From NCBI RefSeq assembly GCF_009914755.1, contig NC_060929.1: a DNA stretch of 64,000 nt. One strand, 5' to 3'. Both the position numbers and the translations under genes were made by a program. This document shows positions 1-18,960 of the stretch, in pieces; position 1 is the stretch's first letter, and the number at the start of each line of letters is the position of its first letter. The DNA is from the human T2T-CHM13v2.0 reference genome, Homo sapiens. The notes under the pieces were generated by a model, which ran no database searches, was not told the origin of the DNA, and was given only the letters and a program-made list of their open reading frames with translations.

Positions 1-69
1 ATCAATTAACTGTCAACAGTGTCAACACATTCTGAAAGATGCCTTATAGAAATTCAAAAGCTAAGGGCT

Positions 70-1326
<1,257 letters not shown>

Positions 1327-1552
1327 CTAGACAGAATAACATAGAAGTAAGTAAGATGTCTTCTAAAAGCAGAAAACTTCAGAAGTCAAAGCAGTATCTG
1401 GTAGTTTAAAACCATACATTCAGAAATATCAAAAAGCAGAACTCTGACCAAGAAATGGGCATAACTGGTAAGTACTGTTAAAAGTAATCAGGTTTAAAAA
1501 GATTAGAGACCAGTTTCAAGTTGTCTTGGATATTTTCCCTTATAAAAAATAG

Positions 1553-1675
1553 AGCTGGGTGCAGTGGCTCATGCCTGTAATCCCAGCACTTTGGGAGGCT
1601 GAGGCGGGTGGATCACCTGAGGTCAGGATTTCGAGACTAGCCTGGCCAACATGGCAAAACCCCGTCTCTACTAAA

Positions 1676-1707
<32 letters not shown>

Positions 1708-1871
1708 AGCCAGGCATGGTGTACTCATCTGTAATCCCAGCTACTCAGGGGACTGAGGCAGGAGAATCATTTGAACCCGGGAGGCGGAGGTTGCAGTGAG
1801 CCAAGATCGTGTACTGCAGCCCAGGAGACAGAGTAAGGCTCTGTCTCAAAGAAAAAAAAAAAAAAAAAAAA
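1553..1871 (+). mobile_element. AluS with (AAAT)n expansion in the central linker
   Basis: Dimeric Alu; AAAT repeats at ~1676-1705; poly(A) tail. Confidence 0.95.
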
Positions 1872-2031
1872 GGCAGCTTAATCAAGTTTTCCTCCCTTAG
1901 TTCAAACTTCTAGTTTTTGCAACTTCAAAAGGAAGGGGCAGCAAGCAAGCAAGCATGCTTCAGGAGTCACTGAAGCTTTTGAATGGACAAAAGTTTCTCA
2001 CGTTTGATTTGTAAGCTTCACTTATCAAATG

Positions 2032-2224
2032 CAGTCACTCTCAAATAAGCTCCCTGGACCAGCAGCATCAGCATGCCCTGGGAATCTGTTAGAAGAGTAA
2101 ATTCATGGACCCCATTCCTAGACCCACTGCATCAAAAACTCTGGTGGTAAAGGAAGTCCAGCAACCTGTGTTTCATCAAGGTCTCGAGGTGATTCTGATG
2201 CAGGTTCAAAATTGAGAACCACTG
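2032..2224. mobile_element. MER5A-like hAT-Charlie MITE
   Basis: cagt..ctcaaa...ggaccagcagcatcagcat...gtgattctgatgca...ttgagaaccactg matches the MER5 pattern. Confidence 0.8.
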
Positions 2225-2307
2225 ATCTAATAAGCATTTCTGCCACTGTCATACTAGACTCTGATGCTCTGGTCTTCCTTCTTCAGTCAAGAGTTAAAGC
2301 ATTTCCA

Positions 2308-2591
<284 letters not shown>

Positions 2592-2937
2592 AAGAGTTAA
2601 AGCATTTCCAAACTGACTGTATCTGACCTACATTAGAGTATCACAGTTGCTAGTAGGAACTCAAAAAATGTTTGCTGAATAAGGGATCAGGCTTCAGATG
2701 TCTTTCTTTGGCCAGAGGGTTTTAAGAATACACTGGATATGAATGTTTTTAGGCAGGATCTCTTCTCTTCACTTTCCTACAGTCCCCACCAGTCCCTACT
2801 GTCTTCTACCTCATACTATCACACATTTTTCTGCTCAGCCAATGGCAGCATAAGAGTTTGAAAGCTCTGGGAAAAATAATTCCAAAAAATAATTTTAAAT
2901 CTGGATACAATATGGTCCAACCTTCTCTTACAAGTGA

Positions 2938-3322
<385 letters not shown>

Positions 3323-3592
3323 AAGTCTCCACTTTTAAGCTCCAGGAAAAATATTTCAAGATAGCGTCTCAAGCTTTCTTTTTCTGGTCTGAACTCTTTA
3401 GAAAACTAGAGCCTGCCTATGTATTATGTAAATAGATGCATAAGTATTCCAGAGGCTCATGTGCCCAATAACTACAAAGGTAGTTAACAAAGCTGACTGA
3501 TGGAATTTACATTTTAATATCAACTTTGAAAACTCTATACCAAACACATGTAATAAATCATTTATGAGAAGTACTTTAATGTATTCAAAATA

Positions 3593-5690
<2,098 letters not shown>

Positions 5691-6146
5691 TATAATGCAT
5701 TATGCGAGACTTACTTACACTAAAATTAAAATGCAGCTTTTTTCAGTACCATCTGTAAGGAAAACAAGATACATTTAATGAACTCACCTATAAGAAACTA
5801 AGTTTGCAGTAAAATTAAGTCGTTGTAAACTACTATAAGGAGTTAGAAACCCTTCTCCAAATGAATCTGTATCTATGCAAGCATTCACTGAGGAGCACCT
5901 GCTCTAATGGTAAGAGCCCCAAGGAGCTGGGGGAATCCAGCACATGATCTGCCATGTCAAAGCTATATTACCTCCCATAGTCACAATTTCCCTTTGGGCT
6001 GCGTCTCCTTCTCCATAAAAAGTACAGTTTAGTGCTAATACTCTAATAACTGACAAGAGAAATACTCCTTACATTTAAACAAGTTTTGCTAGCACTAGAG
6101 TAACTACTTCTTTAGCCAATCTTGAAAAGAATAAGATAAAATTTGA

Positions 6147-6510
<364 letters not shown>

Positions 6511-6543
6511 AGTCCTGATAACATTTTACTGTAATAAATATTT

Positions 6544-6622
6544 TTTTTAAAACCCTCACTCTTAAAACCCAAGAGAAGTTCTCTTTTTAATACCCTCACC
6601 CTTAAAACCCAAGAGAAGTTCT
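6544..6622. repeat. 40-bp-period tandem duplication
   Basis: tttttaa(a/t)accctcac(t/c)cttaaaacccaagagaagttct occurs twice. Confidence 0.9.
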
Positions 6623-6918
6623 AAAACTTAATATGTTCATTATAGAGAAACTACAAGATTGAGAAAGACTAAAAAACAAAATTTTACAATCTTACCTCCC
6701 AGAAATAAACATGGTAGCGCTTTTATGAGTCTCTTTCAAACGTTTTTATGCATATACAGAATTTTATATACTTGAGGTCATACAGAACATCTAATTTCGT
6801 ATCCTGATTTCTAATTGACCACTGTACCATCTTTGAAAACATTCTTTGGGATAGCTTCTACCACATGAATAGCCTATAATGTAACAACCTAGATTTTACA
6901 CTGACTACTCAGAATATA

Positions 6919-8144
<1,226 letters not shown>

Positions 8145-9181
8145 TACTAAAATGTTGCAAAATACAATTAAACAGCAATGTCATCATTAATGTCTATTTC
8201 CACTATACTAACATATGCATAGCAATAAATATCAATTTAACAATAGTAAAATACTAAATGAAAGCAACAATGAAATACACAACTAAAATCTTACAGATCA
8301 TCACTTGGGTAAGGAAAACAGCAGCCTGCGAGATCTAGAATTTTTTTTTTTAAATCAACAGAATCTCAAGAAAGACGAGTTTAAGAGTGACTTGGGAGTA
8401 GTCCCACTGAGCTTAATGTATACAGAACCCTGGCAATACTCAGTAAACAAGAGTAGGAGGAATCCTCAATCTGTAAACATCCTGGGAGCTGGCAGAGTGA
8501 TTAAGCAAAGCACACAAATTTTAATGTTAAAAGCCATGAGACAGTGATTCATAACAGAGTAAGAAAGAAAACAGCACTGTTTTACAAAAGAATAAGCAAA
8601 AAAAAAAAAAGGGCACAGAAAGGTAAAGGGATAGGCTAAGCAACTTAAATATTATAATAGGTTCAAAATATTTGTCCCATATACATTTAGGAATGTACAG
8701 ACTTATCTTCCAGGAAGACTGACTGATAGAAATTCCTAATATGAGTATTTTGAGGTCTTTGATAGTCATGTCCTAAAGATCATTACTAAGAGCCAATGAG
8801 GGAAGCTAGAAAGTAACTGGGCAGAAAATTCCAACTCACACAAAGAAAGTCTTGTTCAGAACAACTCTTATAAATACTTAAATAAAACAGAAGAAAGACA
8901 ATAACTACTTAAGATTGAGATATACGTAAATATAAAAGAATCCAAAAATTTACTTAGAAAAATTATCAGAAAAATAATTGGTATATCCAACTATCGGCCT
9001 AATTGCTAGAAATCAGGATTTTCTATTTATGAGCACTAATTCCCCCAAATCCTTTCAACTAATATTGCACATATGTACTGCACTATGAACTTGTGGGTTA
9101 GGAAGCACAGCGTATAATACCCAAAGAGATATGTATCAGAGCTATGTCTCTCAGTAGACTTCTATTAAGACTCCCCAACTA

Positions 9182-9448
<267 letters not shown>

Positions 9449-10292
9449 AAGACTCCCCAACTAGACAATGAGAAATTAGGAACAAACCATTCTATGGAAA
9501 GGGGGGGAATCATGGACATTCTCCTCTACAGGCCTCTGGACTCTGAGGCATGTGACCACATGGATCCAGACATGCCAATAGACATGACATAATAAACATG
9601 ACTTTCAATGATCTTGTAAAGTAATGAAATTGTGTTCCCTAAGCACAGTTTTTTGTTTGTATTTAATGTCTACCTAACTCTTGCTTGGTAATTTTACAGA
9701 AAGCCCTCAATTCTTACAACTTTTGTGCCTTGAGGACATGGTGCCAACACTTCTCAAAAGATAACATTGAAACTCTTCTTGTTTTATGGAAGAACATTAA
9801 AATAAGATGTTCGTAAAGCCAAGCTAATTTTTAAAGCTAATATTAATATTAGGTGTTAAGAGATAAAGGTGATTTTTTAAAAGGTAGAGAAAATGAAAAG
9901 GTAAGTGTACTATGAAGATAAAACATTGATTAGATTACTGGTTTTGGGGGGTTTTATAAACAATTTTATTTTCTGATACAAGACAGAAAACAATGACTTT
10001 TTGCCTTCCTTTAGTAGTCTACCTTAATAGAAAAAAACATAAATAAGGGTAAATAAGATTCAGTTATTAACTAAGTCAAATGTTAGTTCTATGTATAAAA
10101 TTATTTTAGCTACGCAAGAGCCATACTGGCTTCACAATCCATTTTTGGGCGGACAAAACCTCACTGAAAGAATAGTAAAAAAGATGACCCTATAAAATTA
10201 ATTCTATTATCTGAAATGTTTAGCAGACAAAAAAAATTAAATTAATTCTAAATTGTACTTACCAGAGAAGTGAACAAATTTTTAAAAACTTT

Positions 10293-10438
<146 letters not shown>

Positions 10439-10761
10439 TAGAAGAAAAAGGCAAAGCAAAAAAGATTATATGTGTTGATAATTTCCCTCAAAAATATTGC
10501 TTAAAACAAACAGCATTGATTCTTATCAGTTTCATCTTTTTTTCCTTTCTCAGACATTTCATGAAGGAGCACAGAAATGACAAATGTGTTACACTCAGGA
10601 CAGACGGAAAAAGGAGTATCAAAAGGTATGAAATGCTAAAATTAAGAACATAAGTTCATCAATAAAGTTGACTCTTTTAACAGAGAGTCATTATGGATGT
10701 CCTAATTTTATAGACTATGGAGAGGCGTGCTGTAAAAATTAAGATTAAAATACATGATTTT

Positions 10762-11437
<676 letters not shown>

Positions 11438-12319
11438 TTACCTACTCTTGCAATACTCATTCAGTAAGATAGATGTGAAAATTTTATCTCAATTCTTCTA
11501 GATGGTAGATGGGCTAAAATCTAAATAAATATTCCTTATCACATGTAGATTCTTTTGAAATGAACATATTTAACAGACCTGAAACTTTGCAATGCCTCAA
11601 AATCACTCAACTTTTCAAAAACAAACAGAAATATTAGCCACGGGTCATAAGGCATTACAAATATGCAACACAAAAAAACTGCACATTTCATTCCACGAGA
11701 TACGACCTGAGATATAAATCTATGTAAAATGTTTTATAGTCATTTAAAAACTACATCAGAAAAAAATTATATCAGAAAACATTAAGCACTCGGCACTCAT
11801 TTTCCCTACTCTTCTGTCCAGTTAGTCATATTAATCTGAAATAACAATCCAGTAACTAAAAATAAATACTTCAACTAAACACTAAAGACTGAAAAAAAAA
11901 AAATCACATGGCAGTAGAGAGGTTAGACCTTTTGGGATATAACCACCTTTTCTTCTGAGATGTTTAATCACTCAAAACTATAAACTATGAATAAGGACAG
12001 TTTCTTCTGTCAACCCCTTAACTCCCAAATTCACTATTTTATGACCCATAGTTAGTGACTCTGCTAAGAACATACCATGCTCTTTGCTACATTCTTACCT
12101 CTCCAATGAAATGTCCTAATTCTGAAAAAGCCCCGTTCAGCCAACTACACATCTCTCAGTCACCATCCCTCCCCTCCCCACTTCGGAACCTTCCAGGGCC
12201 TGCCCAACTGTCCACTTCCTCTACCCAGCCAGAGTTCATTGTTCTGGCTTGGTGTTTCCACAGGATACAAGACACAAAACCAAATTGTAAATGATTTTTA
12301 AAATTGCTTTCTTATTCTA

Positions 12320-13140
12320 CTTCCCTGATCATGTTCTTACTCTGCTTAAAACCCTTTAGTAATCTTCACACAGAAGAGAAGTGCTTTTCAAATTACCAGT
12401 TGCTAACACAGCGTCATTAAATAAATTGAGTGGGTCACCATCATCAGTCTATCTTAAAAATAAAATAGAACGGAACAGAATAGAAACTACCAGAGTGTAC
12501 CATACAAAGCAAGGGTATTATGTAGTGACATTTTATCATTTATATACAAGCATATTGGGTTGCAATGTAAAGATGCTTATCTTTCCAACGGGTCATAGCC
12601 AAAAAAACCTCTAAACACACTAAACTACAGGATAATCCAATCTTTCATTTGATCTACATGGTTCTCCAACCCAGTCCCTGCATAATAAGGCTCTAGACCT
12701 ATCTCTTGCTACACCAAAGGGAGCTAGCTCAAGCAAACAAGCTTGTCATGCCAAACTCCTTTGCAGTTCCTCGTTTTAGTGGTGTCAATCACTGTTCTCT
12801 CTGCCTTGAATGCCCTCTTATTTGTCTAAGAGGCTCACTTGTACTCATCTTTCAGTATTTAACAACTATCACCTCCTCTACAAAGCCTTTTTATCCTTCC
12901 CTCAGCAGCTAATGCCCCCCCAACACACACTTTGTGTCTCCATAATGCCCTACATTATAGCTCCTACAAAATTTCATTGCACATTTTAATTTTAGGCTTG
13001 ACTGTCTGCCCAACTTCTAAAGTATAAACTCACTAAGGGAAGGAGCACATTGTATTGGCCTTCCTATCAGCAGCACTGAGGTAAGTACACGCACTATAAC
13101 AAAGGTTCAAAGTTGGTAAAATGAACAAATGACGAATTAA
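12320..13140 (+). mobile_element. L2 3' remnant with a probable MER112-like hAT insertion (~12380-12625)
   Basis: L2-type 'ctctgcttaaaacccttt...tctgccttgaatgccct...tataaactcactaaggg' text interrupted by a ~245-bp block. Confidence 0.5.
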
Positions 13141-14563
13141 GGACTTGCATCTAAGTTGTCTATTGTCAGATATGATAGGGTGGTTATCTTTGCAATAAAA
13201 CCCATTTATAGTGCTGGATCAAGATTTTCACATTTTTACTACAACCCCTAGAGAGCAGAACCCTGCAGTTTGAGGCAGAAGGAGGTGTCAGCTTCCCATC
13301 TTTCAGCAAAGAGACTCAGTTTGGGCTGCAATGTAGCAGCACTCATTTCCATGCTTCTGGAAGTTATTTGGGGAAAGAGGGGAAGGAAGGACTCCAGAAG
13401 TTCCCATAGGCAGGTGAGATAAATCAGAAACAGCATTAACAGATTCCATTAGCAGGGAGAGCCCCATTTTATGTATAAGTAGCTCTTAATAAGGGAAGGG
13501 AGGGAAAGAATTCTTTACCATTGCTGATGGCACTAGGTTGCCAAAATGAGCTAAGTAAAAACAAAGGGTTTCATGAAATAAGTGGTTGAAGTTACTTGAT
13601 TTCTGTTGCCTACTGTGATAGTTCTGAAATAGCTACTGACTCACTGCTGTCATTATGAGATACTATTTGGAGGTGGGGGTGGGGGTCATACCTAACAGGG
13701 GCTCCTCACTGAGGCTTCAAAACTTTTCAGAGACTTCATTTTACATACATGAATGCCTTAATTTTTAGGGGATCTGATACACCTATTTTACAAACCCATA
13801 CTTTAGTTGCCTTCACTGCAATTAACAGTTCATGCAACATCCAAGATACTTTGACAGACTTTGCCAACTGTCAAGTTTCAGCTGTTCTTCTCCATTTCCA
13901 AAAAGTTCATAAACTACTATTAGGGGAGCCATAATTTTTTTCTGCCCAATCACTGATTTTATTAAAAATAATTCCTTTGCTTAGACTGCCCCTAGACTTG
14001 CAATAATTATCTACAATTAAGACGAAGATAAATCCTTATTATAACCTAACATTAGTTTAAAAAAAGAAGGTTGTAATATGTGAAACACTTTACCCACAGT
14101 ATTAAATTTTAGATATCTATTACAGTAAGGTAATTATGGATTGCCAAGGTAAAGCTTTAAAAGCCATTTAAAGCCCTGTTTCCTTTTGCTTGAAATAGGT
14201 CCAGGCAGCTATGCTAATTCCACAAACATTTATTAGGCATAAATACGCATAAAGTGTGGAAACGTCAGCAAATGCCTTTGCTGTATGCTCTTCTACTTCC
14301 ATCTACCCTTCCTCTCTCTACTCAAGTCACTATCAATGAGAAAGGGTCATAGCCCCAAATACAGGCTTTCCAAAAAAAAAAAAATAGCACCACAAAATGC
14401 TCGCTCCTTTTTCTCCTCAGTCCATATATAGAACTTTATTAACTAAAGGGCAGATACATTCATTTATAAACAAATTAATTATGCTAAGTGTCTAAATGCA
14501 TGTTATGTGTGGTGCTAACTTTCCCACTTTAAACAACAGCCCCCTTAGTATTAAATTCATCCT

Positions 14564-15203
14564 GTCTCTTCAGATTCTAGGCGCTTCAGGAGCCGCGCCT
14601 TAAGGTGCAGACATGGCCAAGTCCAAGAACCACACCACACACAACCAGTCCCAAAAATGGCACAGAAATGGTATCAAGAAACCCGAAGCACAAAGATACG
14701 AATCTCTTAAGGGGGTGGACCCCAAGTTCCTGAGGAACATGCAGTTTGCCAAGAAACACAACAAGAAGGGCCTAAAGAAGATGCAGGCTAACAGTGCCAA
14801 GGCCATGAGTGCACATGCCAAGGCTATCAAGGCCCTCCTAAAGCCCAAGGAGGTTAAGCCCAAGATCCCAAAGGGTGTCAGCCGCAAGCTCAACTTGCCT
14901 ACACTGTCCACCCCAAGCTTGGGAAGCATGCTCGTGCCCGCATTGCCAAGGGGCTCAGGGTGTGCTGGCCAAAGGCCAAGGACAAGGATCAAACCAAGGC
15001 CCAGGCTGCAGCTCCAGCTTCAGTTCCAGCTCAGGCTCCCAAAGGTGCCCAGGCCCCTACAGAGGCTTCAGAGTAGATATCTCTATCTGCCAACGTGAGG
15101 ACAGGACTGGTGCGACCCCCCGCCAGGCTGCCATCTGCATGGGGCTGTGGGGCTGGGGTCCTCCTGTGCTATTTGTACAAAGAAACCTCAGGCAGGGAAA
15201 AAA
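14564..15203 (+). pseudogene. RPL29: RPL29 processed pseudogene, antisense within HOMER1 intron 1
   Basis: ORF 14613 [24 protein letters not shown]...[11 protein letters not shown]. Intronless, both UTRs present, short poly(A), TSD aaattcatcct (14553-14563 and 15204-15214). Frameshift after KGVSRKL (~14891). Confidence 0.97.
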
Positions 15204-16948
15204 AAATTCATCCTAAGCTTCCCTTGGTAAAATGACAGGCATTCATGCAGCTTAAAGGTTCTGGAAAACTGATTTTCTTCCATGATGCTACTACTCCACA
15301 GTCTAGACAAAATGCAGCCATCAACATGAAAAACTGCTGCTTGATTTTTTTTCCTCCAACATGTTTTAAACAGAGCTGCAGATGCTCAAGGGAAGCCATA
15401 TTTCTAAGGTTTTGAACAGTAGTATTTTTCAGTATTTTTCTCATTTAAAATTGGTGCAATTCATCCAAAACATTTTTCAAATGCCATTATTTTTCAGCGT
15501 TAAGCGCTTAAACTGCTTAGAGTGAAAAAGGTCTCCATCAGAAAGATCGACTTGCAGAAACCAACTAGTGATCATTAAAATGAGGAGGAGAATAAAAAGA
15601 AAGCAATTCGTTTTTTACAGTTTGGAGAAATCTTTAAGTCATCTCTAAATCGTTCATTTTACAGGTAAGAAATAGAGTCCACAGAGGTCAAGTAATTTGC
15701 CTCAGATCACTAAGCTACTAATAGCAGCGCTAGAAATAGAATGAGGTATTTTAATTACTCTTAGCGGTACCCCCAAATCATGCAAGTTATATATATTCTC
15801 ATCACTTGTCATTCAAGTTTTTAAAACCATTATAACTTTGTCATTAATTTCTGAGGAACGTCTCCTACAACATGCTCTAAATTTTCAAAGTTATGCATGT
15901 TAAACTTCAAATTCTAACTCCAAAAGGAAGGTACTATTCAAGAACTTTCCTCAGAAAGTTTCAAGCGTGTGTACACACCTAAACCATCACGATGAATTGC
16001 AGAGTCCATTCTTTAAAACATGCCCCTCAACTACACTTCAGATGTGTTTGTTCAACCACACACACACAAAAAGAGAAAATTCTGGAAGTTCTTCTGCCAA
16101 AAAGCAGTGACAACCTGTCAATGAAATCAGATTGCTCCATTAATATATTATGGGTTTCCAGCTTAAATTAGGAAGTGTCACTAGCATTTCATCAACCCAC
16201 AGTGTGAAGAGTTAATAAAAGACTGGAAAATGCACTCTCAGTTGGCTCTGGGTCCGAAGGAAGGTGTAGATCTGATACTGTTAACTCAAACTGAAGGGCT
16301 GAGCTTAAAAGCGAAAAACAAAAGGAGTGAACAAGTTCCTTAAACAAAAAGCTTTTTCCTACGAAATGCACCCGTACCGTGGTGACCGCATCAGTAAGAC
16401 TGAATTTCAGATTTTCGTTTTAACGCCCCAGTAAATCAATTCTATACATTTTAGCTTTGAATATTCAAGGACAAGACAGAGGGCACGGTGAGGGCAACAA
16501 TTTACTCTGGATCACTTTCAAGGACTGTTGTCTAACCACTCATTAAAATCGTTCCTTTGTGCAACTGATTATCTAAAAGTACTGAGAGAATGCAGTACTT
16601 CTCTTTGAAAGATAACCGTCAGCAAAAGCTAAAATAATGTGATTTTGATTACAAACTGATGCAGCAGTCTGACCAGTAAAGTGTAGAATGCGTTGTCTTT
16701 GTAAACATTACTCACAAATCCATATTCAAGTTACAAACGATATATGTGTTTTTAAATTATGACCTCTGGTACCGCTCTACAAAAATGCAAAAATAACCTA
16801 AAAGGTTAGCATGCCTATTTCTTTAAAGTATGACCAGCTTAGCAAGGTGGCAAGTTTGTTTGAAAACACAAAACACAATCACCACCACCGCTCAATAATA
16901 CACATACATAAACAGATTCGAAGCTGTGTTAAGCACAAAAATCCTTAC

Positions 16949-16953
16949 CCCAT
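16949..16953 (-). CDS. HOMER1: HOMER1 first coding bases (ATGGG: Met plus a split Gly codon) at the 3' end of exon 1
   Basis: Minus strand reads ttcattgggcaaaATGGG|gtaagg: strong Kozak context (-3 A, +4 G) then a consensus donor, at the edge of a CpG island. Agrees with the recalled HOMER1 start MGEQPIFS and its long 5'UTR. Confidence 0.88.
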
Positions 16954-18710
16954 TTTGCCCAATGAAAACTTGCTCTGAAGTTTCAGCTCTTATGCTACGG
17001 AATAACTTCCAAAGGAATTTCTCCGTCTGCTATTTCGCAGTTGCTTTTCCACCCCCACCCCCAGATCCTTGTCCGGAGGTATTTCAAGGATGCTGCCAAT
17101 TCAATTAGTTCTCTTAGGTAAAATGATTTCTCTCTTGTAAATACCAAAACGTTCAAACAGAGGCGGCATTTGCTTATTCGAGTTAAAATGCTTTGCGGAG
17201 GAGACAGCGATCAACTCTATTCCACAAAATGAGTCTACAAGTAGGGAAATGCAGAATCCGGCTTCACCGAGTCCTATAAAAAATGAGTTCGCTGGTCATT
17301 TCACTCATGTCCTCCTCGACACTCAGGGAGAGCCAGGTAACTCGGCCTTTTCGGAGCTAAGGCTGCGGGTTCAAATTTCTCCACCACACCAGGTCTCCGG
17401 GGGTGGAGCGAGCAACCAAACGCGACGTGCACGTGAATAAAAATCCCAAAAGCAGTAATGCCACGGCTTCCCTGCGCTCACATTAGGAAAAAAACTACAC
17501 AGGAAAATCTCCTCGAAGTGCAAACCCGGCAGCTCGCAACCTGCACGGCACTCCACATTGGAATCTGTCTTTTTAAATGTTTCTCCTCCTAAGACTCGGA
17601 GCAGAGAAGAGGTGGGGAGGACGAAGAGAAGGCTAGGCAGGATCGATTCATTCTCCCGAAGAGAATAAACGGAGCCATTTCCAGGCTGGCAGCAGGCTGG
17701 GGGCGCAGCGCACGCCGGAGAGCTGGAGGAGGGGACCCGATCCCACCTCCCTCAGCCCCTTCCCGCCCCCCGCCGCCGAGCACAATGGAGCCCGGCTGGT
17801 GCCCGGCCCTTCATTCGCGGCTGCCCCCTCTTCCCTCCTCTCTTCAGAGCACAGCGGGTCTGAGGCTCCCGTCGGCGGAGAATGAATGAATCACAGAGCC
17901 AAGCCCCACGCTTCCACTGGCACCCTGCCCCCAGCTCCAGGGCGGGCGAAAGGGGCCGAAGGGTCGACGGGCGCCTGCCCGAGCCAAGGCGGGAGGCTAA
18001 GCCCGCGTTGGGGCCAGGAGAGCTGGGCTCGAAGCCGAAGCGCAGCCGCCGCTCCAGCGCCCCCACCCCTACTCCTCGTCTCTCACGCTCCGCGCCGCCG
18101 CCACGCGCCGCCTCACATTCCCCGGGCCCCGCCGCCGCCTCTTCACACTTCCATCAGCGCCCGCCTCCGGCTACCGCCGGGCAGAGCAGCGCCAGCCCCG
18201 GCGGCCTGAAGCCTGCCGCTGCCTCCGCCTCCGCCGGCCGGCCGGCTGGCAGAGAAGAGGGTGCTGCTTTCCCGGTCAGCGCCGCCGGCGTGAGGCTAGC
18301 GCGGCGGCAGAGTGGGCTGCGGGGGGCGGGAAGGGGGCGGAGAGAACGGGGAGCGAGGGCGGTCCCTCCCTCTGCTCGCGGGAAGGGACGGGAGGCGGTG
18401 GCCGCCGCGGAGCCGCGGCCGGGGGCTGGGGCGCGGACTGGTCCCGGGAGCCCGACGGGCCTTGCGAGCAGCGGGCCGCGGGAGAAAGCAGCAGCCGCAA
18501 GGCGGCGGAGAGGCTGATGGTGGGGGGCCGAGCGGCCCTCGTGGGGAGCTGGGCCGGCGGCAGGCCCTCAGTCCGTTCGTCCTTCTTTTCCCCCCTCCCC
18601 TAGAGGCTGGCGGCTGGCTGGCCGTGCGCTCTGCTCCTCCTCTGGCTCTTGGCCCCGCTCCCGACCGCCACAGCCTCCTCCGCGCCCCACACCAGGTGCT
18701 CGCGCTGTGT
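16954..18710 (-). other. HOMER1: HOMER1 exon 1 5'UTR; start site uncertain, roughly 18300-18710
   Basis: Repeat-free sequence between the ATG and the promoter motifs. The upper bound assumes initiation ~25-30 nt downstream of the TATA-like box. Confidence 0.6.
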
Positions 18711-18960
18711 CTCCATCCTCCCCGCAGGAGGACCTTTAAATAGCAACGTCAGCGCGCTTCTCTCCGCACACACGTCACCCGCAGCTCACGTCACCGAGGT
18801 GCGGGGGATGATGTCACGCGGCCGGAAGTACTGCTAAATTAGGGAAGGAGCAGGGGGAGGAGGACTCGGCGAGCTCCTGTGTGCCCACCTGCTCTCACTT
18901 CTCCTTAAAGGCCAAAGCACAGGAGACAGCCCGAGAGGAGCTCGAACAAGGAAGCGGCGG
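17330..18960. promoter_or_regulatory. CpG island
   Basis: Very high GC with dense CpG and GCC runs, unlike the CpG-depleted flanks. Confidence 0.97.
18733..18842 (-). promoter_or_regulatory. Core/proximal promoter: TATA-like box, four CRE/ATF-like sites, ETS site
   Basis: TATTTAAA (-) at 18735-18742; TGACGT (-) at 18746-51, 18772-77 and 18788-93; TGATGTCA at 18809-16; CCGGAAGT at 18822-29. Confidence 0.8.

Noticed and set aside
13512-13525. Minus-strand ATG|gtaaag as an alternative first coding exon
   Set aside because: A phase-0 donor is incompatible with the phase-2 junction set by ATGGG|gt, and there is no promoter evidence.
17882-18743. Long plus-strand ORFs (211, 107 and 143 aa) and overlapping minus-strand ORFs in the CpG island
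   Set aside because: Ala/Arg/Gly/Pro-rich and open in several frames at once, as expected from stop-codon scarcity at high GC. No recognisable domain.
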